Translations under genes and position numbers: made by a program
In this document: piece by piece, positions 24,672-37,265 of the stretch
Numbering within the stretch: the stretch's first letter is position 1
Layout: every line of letters starts with the position of its first letter
From: Podarcis liolepis
Taxonomy: Eukaryota
NCBI GenBank assembly: GCA_965112155.1
Contig: OZ218099.1
DNA length: 64,000 nucleotides
Strand: one strand, 5' to 3'
Notes under the pieces: generated by a model
What the model was told of the DNA's origin: nothing
Seen by the model: the letters and a program-made list of their open reading frames with translations, nothing else
Databases searched by the model: none

Positions 24672-25607
24672 GTCGTTCAAATACGTAAACTGAACAATCC
24701 CAACATTTCAAAATTAAACTTTAGAAACACAAGTTTAACATTCAAAACAGGAATATAGTTTACAAGAAATACCCAGAAGGGAACTTCATATTCTAATCCA
24801 GAAGTTGGTAGAGATCACTTCATGGTAAATAAAAGTGTATTTGTACAACCGTGCTATCCTGGGGAACACACTTTTTCCTGTGCATTTCCAATTTACAGCA
24901 AAAACATTACCGACTACTGGGCAAAGCAACTTGATTGTGCCTACTGGGGAGGACAAGGAGAGGGGGGAATCAAAGCAGGCCTGTGAACAAGATCAAATGG
25001 TGTTTATTCAATTTGGTCACTGCAAGGCTCATTCTCCTCTCATGCTGGATCTGACGTTAATGGGGTTAGTCCTGATTTATATACAGGAAAGGCCACGCAT
25101 GAGTAGAGAATTAGGCCCTATATTTTCAGGTTCATGAAGGGGCATAATCTTACTGCGGTCTTCAGCAGTCAATAGTTTAATCATAAGAATGCCTGACCTT
25201 GGCTCTCCCATTAGGATATCTGCGGTATTTTTTGCCGTTCTTAACTTCAAACCACAAATATCAATCATCCCAAGGCTTTCACATGTAACGCTGCCAAGAA
25301 CGCTTCAAAATGCTACCAACATTCACACCTTGTACACAGATATCGCATTGTTCTAGGACCTAAAAATCACTGGAAATAGCTGCATGGTTAGAATATTTGT
25401 CAGTCATGCGATAAAGAGAAAAAGCATCGATAATGCAAATGTTCTCTCTGCATAGAGACTGCTTTATGTTCACAAATGTTGCTTTTCTCTCTGCTCCTTG
25501 GATGGTTTTTGCAATAGGTTCATGGTAATGTATAGGATTAAACCTGACAGATGACTCATGCAATCTTCTTGACTTAACAGATATTCTTGTTCAAGAGTAT
25601 GTCACAA

Positions 25608-25809
25608 TTATTTTGTTGTTCGTCTTGTAGGCTCTGAAGCTGTGGGAGGAGGCGGGGGACCTCTGCGATCTAAGTCATCTACGTAGGACACAATGAGTTT
25701 GCGTCTCTCCTCCGGCACACAGTCAAGTACCAGATAACGTTTGTCATTCTGTAATATCTTTTCGATATCCTTCAGGTGCTGGTCAGATTCCTGGATCAGC
25801 TTTTTGGAT
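25608..25809 (-). CDS. TCERG1: TCERG1 terminal coding exon 21 (SKKLIQESDQHLKD...RRTTK*)
   Basis: ttgcag| acceptor; TAA stop at 25608-25610. Confidence 0.95.
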
Positions 25810-27472
25810 CTGCAATTAAGTGTAAGGGTCATCATTACCATTGGATGGTAGGGTGCACCGCAGAAATGAACTGGAATCATGGTGAAGATACTAGTGGACA
25901 GGTGTCCCAGTAACAATTCCACCCACCAAAATCAATCTCTCTTGACATTGCAATCAGGTAGGCCAAATGCTCAAAAGGACACAGAGACTGGGCTATCCTC
26001 TCACCTATAAGGTTGCCCCTTCAGGTCAGGGGTGAGGCAAAATGGCAGGGATGTGTGAATGTAAAAAATCTTGCACTGCCACTGCCTGTGCTGTATCTGT
26101 TCTGCAGGTAAACAGAAGACTTCAGTCTCAAGGGCTGCCAGTACCTTTTAAAATCAGCACTAATTAAACTATAAAAATGTAAAATAAGAAAAATGAGCAC
26201 ATTTCAAATTAAACACTGCAGTTGAAGAACACCTGTAGAAAATGGATGCCAATATCCCAGTTGTACTCCAGACCAACCGAAGATAAATATGATTATTTAC
26301 ATTCATTTGAGACAGTGCTTTATTTCAATGACAACAATAGCAATAATCAAGTATAAGAGAATAAGCCTGAGTGGGGAGCTCATGCCATCAGTTTTTGAAT
26401 AAAGCACCACTGGCCTACAAGAACTGTTGTTGCCAGTCCTTTCTTCATCTTCCTGGGGCTACTTAAAGAACCAACAAGGAAAGGAATAAGAGAATTCCAG
26501 CCTACAAAGCTAAGCTCCTCACGTAGAGATCAGCATGGATCACTAACAGCATCTGCTATTTTGTTAGTTAACATTTCTGAAACGGCACTGAACACTTTAG
26601 CATACAGGCGGTATATAAACAACGTAAATTGTTAAACAGATACTCTGCAAAAGGACTAACTAAAAAGAAAAGTACACAACCTATTGGGGTCAAATTATCC
26701 TTAGTAAATGGATAGAATTATCCATGGGTAATGGGACTGCTGTTAACTAAACAATCAGTGGCTTGGAGCAGAAAGAGTGCTTTCTCATCAGCTCTCCCAC
26801 AGGGGCTAGAATAGCCTTTGCCAACCTGATACCCTCCAAATGATTTGGATGACAACTTGCCGCAGCTCCAGCCAACGTGCTGGTAGGATGCTGTGAGCAT
26901 GGCTGTTGGCTGGGGCTGATGAGAGCAGTAGTCCTAAACATCTGGAAGACACCAGGTTGGCAGAGGCTAACTGAGCTCAGAAACTTCATAATGGAGCAGC
27001 ACAATGTAGAAAGAGTTGTGCTACACTAAGAAATAGTGAATGATAATAATACAGGTTGTAGTATATAAACATTGCGGATCACAAAATGGTTTAGAGGAAG
27101 AGCTTGCACAAAACGAGAGGAACTCTTCTGGACTTGGGGCAACTTTCTTTAAGCAACACTCTTCTGCTAGGTCAGAAACAACCCTTATGGGAGTGGAAGA
27201 ACAGCTCTGTATCCAACCCAATCTGTTCACACTGCTAAGTAAAAATTCAGAACTAGGGTTTTCTAGAGCAGGCCACATATTTTATAAAATATACATCTCT
27301 AAATATTTGTGTACATAAAAATTACCTTGGCACAGATACTCAATTTGAACAGCATCATCCCAGAAATCCAAATCCATGATTTAGAATACTTTCAAATTCA
27401 TGGAAAGAACTGATGGCAATCCATTTTTTCCCTGTTTAAAAAACTGCTAAAGCTAACCAGATATGCGACATA

Positions 27473-27619
27473 CAGTGGCGTAGCGTGGGTTGTCAGCACC
27501 CGGGGCAAGGCAAGTAATTTGCGCCCCCTAACCCGTGGATTTGCGCCCCCTAATCCTAACCCCCAGATGCTGCGCCCGGTGCGGCCTGCCCCCCCTGCAC
27601 CCCCCACGCTACGCCACTG
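27473..27619. mobile_element. Young GC-rich hAT-like MITE in TCERG1 intron 20
   Basis: Perfect 17-bp TIRs CAGTGGCGTAGCGTGGG; perfect 8-bp TSD gcgacata at 27465-27472 and 27620-27627. Confidence 0.9.
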
Positions 27620-27676
27620 GCGACATAAACATTAAAAGGTTGAAGAACCATCTCTGTGTTGCTTTTGAATACACAC

Positions 27677-27777
27677 CTGTATGTTATAAATTTGGTCTCT
27701 TTCAAAAGTGTTCTGAAATCCGCTTTGGCTGTAATATATTTGTCTCTGATGTACTCTTCAAACTCTCTTTGCTTTTT
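27677..27777 (-). CDS. TCERG1: TCERG1 exon 20 (KKQREFEEYIRDKY...KFITYR)
   Basis: gcag| acceptor, AG|GTGTGT donor, 101 nt. Confidence 0.95.
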
Positions 27778-27940
27778 CTGCATGAAAAGAAAGAAGCAAA
27801 TTTGGACATTGCATCTCCATTACAACATACATCTCCTAATGTCTGTTAGGGGCAGCCGAACAAAATATATGAGGGAGGAAATTGCTGTTGGTTTTAACAT
27901 CACATGGGTAGTCTAGAATGACCACTGAAAGGCTTCTTAC

Positions 27941-28024
27941 CCTGTCACTGGAGGAGAATTTAATACACCTGGGATCTTCTTTAATTATTTTCTTTACTTC
28001 TTTCCATGTTGATGTTAAGGTAAT
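27941..28024 (-). CDS. TCERG1: TCERG1 exon 19 (ITLTSTWKEVKKIIKEDPRCIKFSSSDR)
   Basis: aag| acceptor, AGG|GTAAGA donor, 84 nt. Confidence 0.95.
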
Positions 28025-28861
28025 CTTTTGAAATAGAAAAATAGAAATATTACAGGCTGGGGTAAGAAATTCAAACATGCAATAGTAAGCTGCAATTTTT
28101 GCAAAGAACGGTCTCTGACTTAACATGTGATAACCATAATCAGAGAAAAGCACCCAAAAGTAGAAGACGCTGCTGCAAAGAAGCAAAACACCTTCTATTC
28201 AGCAGATGTCCAGGGGGAAGGATTCACTCTCTCACGAACAGCCTATACTACTGCTGCACAACACAGGAAGTGGGATGCCCTTTAATTGTGCTCAAATGTT
28301 AAGTGAGGGGAAGGAGATATAAAGGTGCTGACTGACAGTTTTGGTCTATTGTTACACTGTTTTCACTTTTGAACTCAATGCTACTTTTAAACAAGACTTG
28401 CAAAATAAAATAAATTGAGAAACTGAAGTCATTTAAATAGTGAGATGTTTAACTTGGTAGACTATAAATCAATACATGCTACTAAATTGTTAACATTTAT
28501 TCATGTAGGATTAAACCTATTCGCTGCCCCACCAATAAACATTTTCATATGTATCTGAGATCTGCTACCAACCATCAGACTTTGTCAAAAGGAATCAGAG
28601 AAATGTTTGCAAATCTCTCTCCACCTGCTCAACATAGCTCAGATCTAGAAACAGGGGCACAACATAATAGTGGGCTTGAACAAACTACTTTGTAATTCAG
28701 CAAATACACATTTTGTTCCAAGATTTGCTGGGCAGAAGTCAGTGGAAAATGAAACAACAGTAGAAAATACCAATTTAATCTCAATAATATTTTGTAGTAA
28801 GATATAAAACACACATAAAACTATGTTAGAACCCAAGAAAAATTGCAGAGCATCTGCTTAC

Positions 28862-29041
28862 TGATGAAGTTTCATCTAGAAGTTGCCGAAAATGCTCTTT
28901 CTTTTTCTTTGTAAGTGCCTCAATGTGTTCGTTAAATAGTTTTTCCTTCTCTTCTCTTTCCAGAAGGGAGCCAGATTCCCACCGATGATCTTTTCGAAGT
29001 GTCCTTCTAGTATCGGACCATGACACATCTGAAGATCGCAC
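28862..29041 (-). CDS. TCERG1: TCERG1 exon 18 (VRSSDVSWSDTRR...LLDETSS)
   Basis: ttag| acceptor, |GTAAGC donor, 180 nt. Confidence 0.95.
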
Positions 29042-30558
29042 CTAATGGAAGGAATAATTTCAATCACTATACAGCTTGTTAAAATATATACTTCAAAAAC
29101 TTTAGTTAATTTGCATTAAGATTATTACTATTATTGCTCCATTTATTACTTGTCCTTCACTAGAAAGTCCCTGGCTGGGTTACAGGAATATTAAAATACA
29201 GCATTAAAAACAGTTTAAAACCAATTACAGTCACAACTAGACCGGGTCATAAAAATATGTGTCAAGTGTCAAAGTAATTCTCCATTACTTTGGTATGAAT
29301 ACATCTACCAAAGAGGGAGAAATATGTCTGCATTAATGTAAAAATATTCCCAAGGTGGTCTCTTTTGCTATGTGGGTGCCCCCCCCCCAAAAAAATAAGA
29401 AGTATGGATTTTGGCTGTGCTGAAGACAATACTTATACCTACGAGTTTCATGGAAACATTGAGTCATACTTAGTCCAACTAAGTCATACTCAAGAGTAGC
29501 CCCACCCACAAAAAAGAAAAAAGTAAAGTAAAAAAGAGTATTTGAAAGTAGAAGAACTTAGCTTAAAGAAAGATCAGTGAGAGCCGGGGGGATTCACTGG
29601 GCAGGAGAGAAAAAAATGAGGAGACTGTGCCTGCCTCCCAGAGTTCTTTGCTCTCCTGCCTCCGTCACGTGATGAGGAATAATACCCAACCCATTTGGGT
29701 CATGAGCAACTGCCTCAAATATAGAAGGGTTTCAGTTACTGAATCCCCCTGATTTCAGCAGAGTATAACTAGCAGTGGATAATCACACATTACTTTGAAC
29801 AAATGAGCTGGAGTCCTTGATTTAAAAATCCTTGTCCTTGATTAAAAAACTGGTTATCTATGTAGATTATACAAAATGTACAAACATACATACAGCCCCA
29901 AATTACTTCAAAGCAAAGAGAAATTAAGATATCATTGTGGTCTAAAGTATCTCCATGTATTTTCCATATGTTACAGACCATCAATGTCACATTCTCTTTG
30001 TTATTCATTTTGAGGGAAGCAGGATTGGTTTTTTGCTATGCAACACTCCCTTTCCTTATCATGCTTCCTGTCTTTTGCTACCATTTGCTATTTATTGGCA
30101 GAATTCTGCAAGTGAATTAACAGTCAAACCGTCTTCCGAGGGAACTCTGGAAACTGTAGCTCTGTGAGGGGACTAGGGGTCTCCTATTGACTCTCAACAT
30201 CCTTAACAAACTGCAGTTCTCAGAATTTTGGGGGGAAGCCATGGCTGTTTAAAGTGTGGAGGGGGGGGGAGAGTCATGACTGTAAAATGGAGATGGAGCC
30301 CTAGTCATGTTCATTAATTTCTTTGAGTAGCTAAGCAAAACCTAGTTGAATACCACCCAATTATTACACTGGCCAATGGAAAAAAGGGGGAACGGAAAAA
30401 TTGATAATTTAGCTCTTCTGAAATCATAGGACTTTGGGAAGGCATCTATACTCACATCAGTCTCTTATGGGATTAAAATCAACAGGAAACAATTTAATGT
30501 GTTCTCTATACACAAGTGCATACCTGACCTTGTTAATTTCAACACACAGGAACCTCAC

Positions 30559-30741
30559 CATATCAGATAGGAGAGCTTTGAAATTCTGGATGGCCTCTTC
30601 TCGTTTGTGCTGCTCTCGTTCTCTATCAATCTCCTTTGTCTGTTCAGAGCGAGCTTTCTGAACTTCTCTCTCTCGTTCACGCAAGCTTGCTTCAATGCGA
30701 GCCTGTCTTTCCAGTTCTTTTTCTTTTTCAGAGTCCACATT
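30559..30741 (-). CDS. TCERG1: TCERG1 exon 17 (NVDSEKEKELERQ...LLSDM)
   Basis: tttcag| acceptor, ATG|GTGAGG donor, 183 nt. Confidence 0.95.
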
Positions 30742-31797
30742 CTGAAATGGAAGCCAAAATGCACATTACATTCTGCTTAGACTAGCTACGAATTTTAACA
30801 CAAAATGAACTCAAGGAAAAAAAAACTGATAAAGCAAATTAATGCAGCTAGTTAAAAATCTATTAAACTGCTGCTGCTAGTGTAAGGTTTCAATTGAATT
30901 TTTAAAGAATGTTTGTTAACTATAGTTATCACAGCTCCGATGTGCTATACAAATAGGCTATACAAATGAAAGACACTGAGTTGTATCCAACTGGTATTGC
31001 TCCATTAATGAAGTGGAATCAAAGCAATTCCTCTTCAGCAGCACCCCACCCCCTCCCATGATATTACAAGGGTTCCTTAATTCTGTACAGCATATGGAGA
31101 AAGGGGGGAGAATTCCTAACCATCGTCTTAAAATCTGTTATGTGGCTGGAAGGCTCTGCTGGATGAAAGAACCTTTCATCAGTGGAAGGCCACCAACCCA
31201 ACCCACTGCATACTAAGAGATGTGATAAGACTACCTTCAAAATCAGAACCGCTGAGTGAAGAATAAATCAGGGCTAGGATTCAAGTAAGTGCATGACTAG
31301 TTCTACGAGTTCAAGCCAACTCTGGTCTTGTACTGGCAAAACATTCCAAGGACTTTCAAAAAGGAGTGGCGAAAGTCCAACATTTCATTGGGCATAGTGA
31401 AGTCATTTGGAATACCTAAAACATCCTCAGGGCCACCTTACTCCACTCCCTTCTCCTGCCTCCAAGAATCTGTTAGGAAAATAGGGTGGCTATTGGTCCA
31501 AAACTTCCCCTAATCCCTCTATCATCACTCTACAGAATCTTATGGACCCTAGGATGGTCTTCCAGATTCTGCTCTCGTTCTTTTTTATATATAATATATA
31601 TCATGTGTCACCTCAAGAGAGTGTTTTATAAGGCAATATAAATAAGTAAGAACCCCAATCTGAGACTATGGGGCAATTCCTACCACTGCTAAGAAAACTG
31701 ATTTATGCTTGTGTGGGGTATTTCAAAGTCTATTGTCAATTGCTTCATCACTGAAATACTACGAACATGGAAGCAGCTTCATTAATAACACACGTAC

Positions 31798-31962
31798 TTT
31801 GGCTATTTTTTCAATGTACTGTTTAAAAAGATCCTCCCTTTGTGAAGAGCTATCCACAGCTTTGTAACGAGGGTCAGTCTCTACTTTGTCCTTCACTTTG
31901 CTCCAGCGAGACTGACTGTCCAAGTGGTGATTAGATAACAGTTCAAAGAAGTCCATTTTGAT
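31798..31962 (-). CDS. TCERG1: TCERG1 exon 16 (IKMDFFELLSNHHLD...IEKIAK)
   Basis: tag| acceptor, |GTACGT donor, 165 nt. Confidence 0.93.
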
Positions 31963-34900
31963 CTATATTTCAAAACATAAGACAAAAGGAAGAAAAAGGG
32001 AACAAAAGAAGTCACTTAGACTTCTGAAAGCTTACAGTGTAATTTAGAAATAAAAAGAAGCAGACTCACCGTACAGCAAAAACTATTTTAATTTAATAGA
32101 TTCAAAACTAGATTATTCCATTAGAATATTAAACTTTAAATTTAATCCACTGCCATTTTGAAAGAGATTTAATTATATATTAAAACATAATACAGAAGCC
32201 TTCAAAATGCAATGTGACTAATTCCTTTAAGGCTACTGCACAGACATGAGAATCTTAGGACATTACCTAAAGAGGGTGCTTACACATGTCAAAGAGAACC
32301 ATCTCAATAGTTAGGGCTTGCTTGAGAAGTTCCTACTACAGCAGCTCTAATCTGCTCTTCCACTTAAAGAGTGTGCATTATATACACAACTGGTATTGCT
32401 CCTGCAGTAACTGCACAGGAAACCCAGAATGTAAATATGGGACTAGTCCTCATATTTAATGAAACTGTCCTCTACGTGCGTGGCAGGGAAACACAATGTG
32501 TAATGTGCACCGTGGGACATATGTGTTCATTTGTGCAATCCTTCCACCTTAAGGAAGTGTGTGCATGCAGTCTAAGTCCACACCACTTATAACGAGAGCC
32601 TGCTTTGATAAGTAGTCCAGAGCTCTAGAACACGTGTGTATACTGTACTTTTGGATTCTAGCCATGGTATAATCCACTGAAGATTGTTGGTTCACAGAAG
32701 CAATGCTTGGTGGGCTACACCCTTAGATTTCTCATTGCACTTTTAAGTACCAACTCACTGAATTAAGGAATAGAATCACAGAATAAAGTATCAATATTTA
32801 TATGTGATCATAAAAATGGGCATGTTAACGTTCCAAGGGCACCATTGGTAGCAGCTAGCAATGGATAATGATTTCAAAACTTGGTATGAAGGGCACAATT
32901 AAGTTTCATACAAAATAGTGAGAAGTTGTCCAAACATAGTTATCTGGCTAAATGCAAGCATAAATCATAATAGTAGAATTCAGTCTACAATGAAATGTTT
33001 CATGAAACAATTCTCCCTTCCATATAAACAAGTGCAGCAAAACATAAGCATTATTTTTCTCTTCTTCCTTCCCCCTCTCTCCCAAGTTATTTTTTTCTGT
33101 TGGCTTCCCTTGAAAATTCTGGAATTTTCTTAATTTTATGTATGACAGGGATGTCATTGCAGAGCCTTTGGTACTGTCACCTGGACGGGTAAAATCACGT
33201 AACTACAAGGCACAGTAGCACATCATAATCTGTTTGGATGAATCAACTTCTCATGTTGTTGTGGCAGTGAAAACCCACCTTTTCAGGAGTTGAGAAAGCA
33301 TCAACAGTGGTTTGTGCATGTATGTGGGAGAAGTGGAGTGTCCTCCAGGTGGTGGTGCTGCAGAGAAGTGGCAAGGCTGGAGCAGCTCCAGGTTGGTGGC
33401 ATCTCCACAGATGCTCTGCCAACCGGAGCTCTCCTGACCTCGTTCCCTCCCAGTTATTCTAGCTCTGCCACCAGCACCTCTGCCCCATGCATGGCTGCTA
33501 GATAGTAAGAGTACAATTGCTGCAATCACATGGGAAGATGCTTCACACAAACAACTTATGCTCACCCGTAATCAGGCCTCTGACCATTAAGAAACCTTTT
33601 ACCAGTTATCTTATCTTTCTAAATGGCTAAGCCCTGCCAAGGGGCCAAGTTTATCGCTTTAAGAGCATTCACAGCTTCTTTCTGAGATTAGAGAGATCAT
33701 AGTTATTTTAGCTCTAGAACAGATATTATTCCATTGTAAGACAGGCTATATTATAAATCTCAACACCCACCCCCCAAACCCAAATCATGCATGCAGAGGG
33801 TGTTACCTGCAACCCCAAGTCTTAATGCATTATAGAACACCAAATCCCAATGACTTAAGTATGATTAACAGTGCAGCTTGATGCCTTGATGCCTTACCAG
33901 CCAATTAAAACTTGCATTCTAGCTTCCTTCAATTATTAATTACTACATAAAAATAATGCTAATAGTCTGTAGCTCTCCCTCAACACTTATGTTTGGTTCT
34001 TGGCACAGTATTATTTAAGGACAATGAATTTTTTTAAGTCCAAAGGCAAATAAAATCATGAAAAGGCTGCACAACACTGTAGAGCAATTTTTCTCTCCGC
34101 CAATAGCAGATCTATCAGAGTAGTATTTAAGAAGATATTCAGCAGCCTTATAGCTATTTTTAATGGTATTTGTTATTCCAAAGTTGAACTTAAGCACAGC
34201 ATGCAGCTAGTATCAAAATAGAAAGCTTTCTAAGCCAGATATATGAAAACAACACTTACGAAATTAAAAACAAAATGTGTTTCTGTGGAAATCTTTAAAG
34301 TAAGGGTCATTGTACAGGCACACCTAATCGATTATTGCTATTTTTCTACTGTACACAAAGATAATCTTCAAGCCATAATTTAACTGGGATTCATTTAGAA
34401 GGCTTCAGAACATTACAACACAAAGAAGGTACAGTAACAAACCTGCCTGACATCTACACAGCATGCACCCGTCTCTCTAGAAACCAGCAGCTGCCCTCCT
34501 TTTTCTAACGTGAAGGCCAGCATGATCTTACCACCTAGTGCTGCAGGAACATACAGTATTCCAACTAAAGGCAACCCTTCCATGGACTTTTCTACCGCTA
34601 AAAGCCGCTAATAGCACTAATCCGCTAATCTGTCAATGGGCTTGCTTCGCAAGACGAAAAAACCGCTAGATGAAGAGAATCACAGAACGGATTCTTTTCG
34701 TCTTGTGAGGCACCACTGTAGAAAATGAAAAGCGTAACTCCAAGATTATAGACACTAAATCCATAAATGCAGTAACAAAACTGTACCTGTCCCTCTATTC
34801 TGGCTTTGTTTTTATTTTTAAAAAAACATGGACATGGTAGCTGGGGGGGTCGCTGAAGTTTTTCTAGTGAAAAGGAAGGGAGGCAGAATTGTTTAGTTAT

Positions 34901-35169
34901 AAGGTACTGACATGGCAACTTTCAGCTTAGTTAGACCTTACTGAGTGGAGCTATATAATACACTTCTGAAAGATGAAACTCCTCAGTTTAGTTGATGTGC
35001 CTTACATCTTTTCCTTAGTCATACTTCTAGTCCTAAGGGAACTGTGCTATCTTCTCTCTTTAATTTCACTAAACAAGTGAACCACAGAGTTGGAAGATGC
35101 CAAAACAAACAAAACCCAAATCACTTACTTTAAAGGTTTGTGGGAAATCACAAAATTATAGTATTAAAT

Positions 35170-35292
35170 TAGAGATAGAGAACCTGAAGCCTTACAGATA
35201 TTGTTTGACTCCAACGCCCATTATCCCCAGCCAGCAATGATAGGAATTGGAGTCCAAGAAAATCTGGAGGGCCACAGGTTTCTCTGCCCCTG
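35170..35292. mobile_element. Old roughly 120-bp hAT-like MITE family (related copies near 10065, 13816, 26845, 62095)
   Basis: Shared ..gaacc..ccagat..gact(c/a)caactccca...gggagttg...atctggaggg..ggtt..cccctg architecture with degenerate TIRs. Confidence 0.55.
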
Positions 35293-35517
35293 CATTAAAC
35301 CTCTTTTTGGGAAGAGAAGAACTGGCTGAGAAAGCTTCACTTAACACTTTAAGCATATTTTAAATCAACTTTTATGTTTCTTGTGGAATCAAAAAAGCAT
35401 GTATGGCTGAAAATACTTTGCTTTTATTTAGGAGGATTTTTCTCCTCTTTTTGCAGTTTACACATTCTGGGCACAACTCTCATCACTTCACAAGGAAAAA
35501 ACTGAAAAAAATGTAAA

Positions 35518-35675
35518 NNNNNNNNNNNNNNNNNNNNNNNNNNNNNNNNNNNNNNNNNNNNNNNNNNNNNNNNNNNNNNNNNNNNNNNNNNNNNNNNNNN
35601 NNNNNNNNNNNNNNNNNNNNNNNNNNNNNNNNNNNNNNNNNNNNNNNNNNNNNNNNNNNNNNNNNNNNNNNNNNN
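35518..35675. other. Assembly gap (158 N) in TCERG1 intron 15
   Basis: Run of N; exons 15 and 16 join in frame, so no required exon is missing. Confidence 0.99.
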
Positions 35676-37114
35676 TACAAAACAGAATACATAAAATGGT
35701 TACAAGAGGCTTTGGGAGAAAAGAAATAATTAGTTTCAGATGCAAAGATAAACACATTTATTTAACACAAAATCTTGTTTGATGTAACTCATGCAACATA
35801 AAATAATTTACTTATTAACTATTCATTTTGATAATGGCTAAGATGCAACAATAATGTTTAAGCCATTATTATAGATTAAAACAAGTAGAGTGCAATTTAG
35901 GCTAGTTCTAGGTTATACATGTTCACCTCTAGAAAGCTAATCATTCTGGTGCATATAGAGTTGATGTAGAATAAGAGTCTAAGGGCACAATCCTGTACAT
36001 ATCTATCAGAAGTTCCACTGAGTACAATGGGGCTCAATATCAGGTAAGTGGGTAAAGGGCTGCAGCCTATGAGACTGAGCAGTGCATCAAGTAGTTGCTA
36101 GGCTGAATCTCACGCCTAGTATGAGTGGCCTTATGTGAGTCACTCGCCTTTATTTTCAGTTCCCTAAGGGGTTCCATCAAATACAAGTGTGGAACAGATG
36201 CTTGCTCACACAATAGGGCAGCAGTAGGGAAGTGAAATACCCAATACGTGGGTGGAAGTCCGCTCAGACAGTGTTGGATCCTACTCAAAGGATTTTCCGA
36301 TTATTATTTTTTGCAATATTAAGATTTTTGCATTTCAGCTGTGAATGTTTTCCATTCCTATATGACAGGTAACTTTTGCCTGAAAGTTTTGCCTCTATCT
36401 ATGCTACTTATTGAAAGGAAATTATATTAGCTTCACTTAAGGAGTATGTAAGGAAACAGAAATCCCAGAAATGATTAGGTTTCAAAGGTGTATGCTAGGA
36501 CACTGAAGAAAGTTGCTGCATATTTTGATGCTAACGCTTGTTGAAGATACTTTGTAGCATCCACCTTCCCCAGTGATGTGCACTTTGTCTCTTGTATTGA
36601 CAGTGCAGACAAATGACATTTGAAATTCATTAATCTTTCATAGGCGACCTTTAATTCTGATAAGTAGTCATGCTAAGATACATTTACTGGAAGATTAAAA
36701 AAAACCACTGAAGTGTTAGCATTTTGAAATTTGCCCACAAATAGTTCTCAAACCTTGCTTGCATCCCTGACAGAATGGGTATGTAATGGTCTGCTTGGAG
36801 TTTTCCAGTCAGATATTTGTCCCCCCACCAAAAAAATATATATCTAGGATTTTAAAACCTAGATATGAATTTAGAAGAAAATTATAGTACATTTTCTAGA
36901 ACATTAAACTTATTCCAAATTTAGGAAAAAAAGAGTAAAATGACCAACCCCACACCCCCAAATAAGATACAAATGCTTAAACTGGGGGGGGGGGAGACCA
37001 AAAGGAAAAAATAATTTGGGGGAGGGGGTGAAGGGCAAATCTAGAAGACTAGCATGGGCCCTTCCCCAATCCTCCCATTAGGCTATTTTCACATCCTTGA
37101 TATAAAAATCTTAC

Positions 37115-37265
37115 CTTCTCTCCTCTGGTCTTCGAATCTTCTTTTTCCTTCTTTCTTGCTGCTGTGATAAACTCATTAAACAAGGCTTCCCGGTCTTTCA
37201 TTTTTTCAATTGCTTTGAATCGTGAGTCTTTAGCATGCTTGGCTGCAAATTCACTAAAAGTAGTT
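37115..37265 (-). CDS. TCERG1: TCERG1 exon 15 (TTFSEFAAKHAKDSRFK...TRGEK)
   Basis: tacag| acceptor, AAG|GTAAGA donor, 151 nt. Confidence 0.95.

Noticed and set aside
35483-35757. ORFs spanning the N run
   Set aside because: Artefacts of the assembly gap
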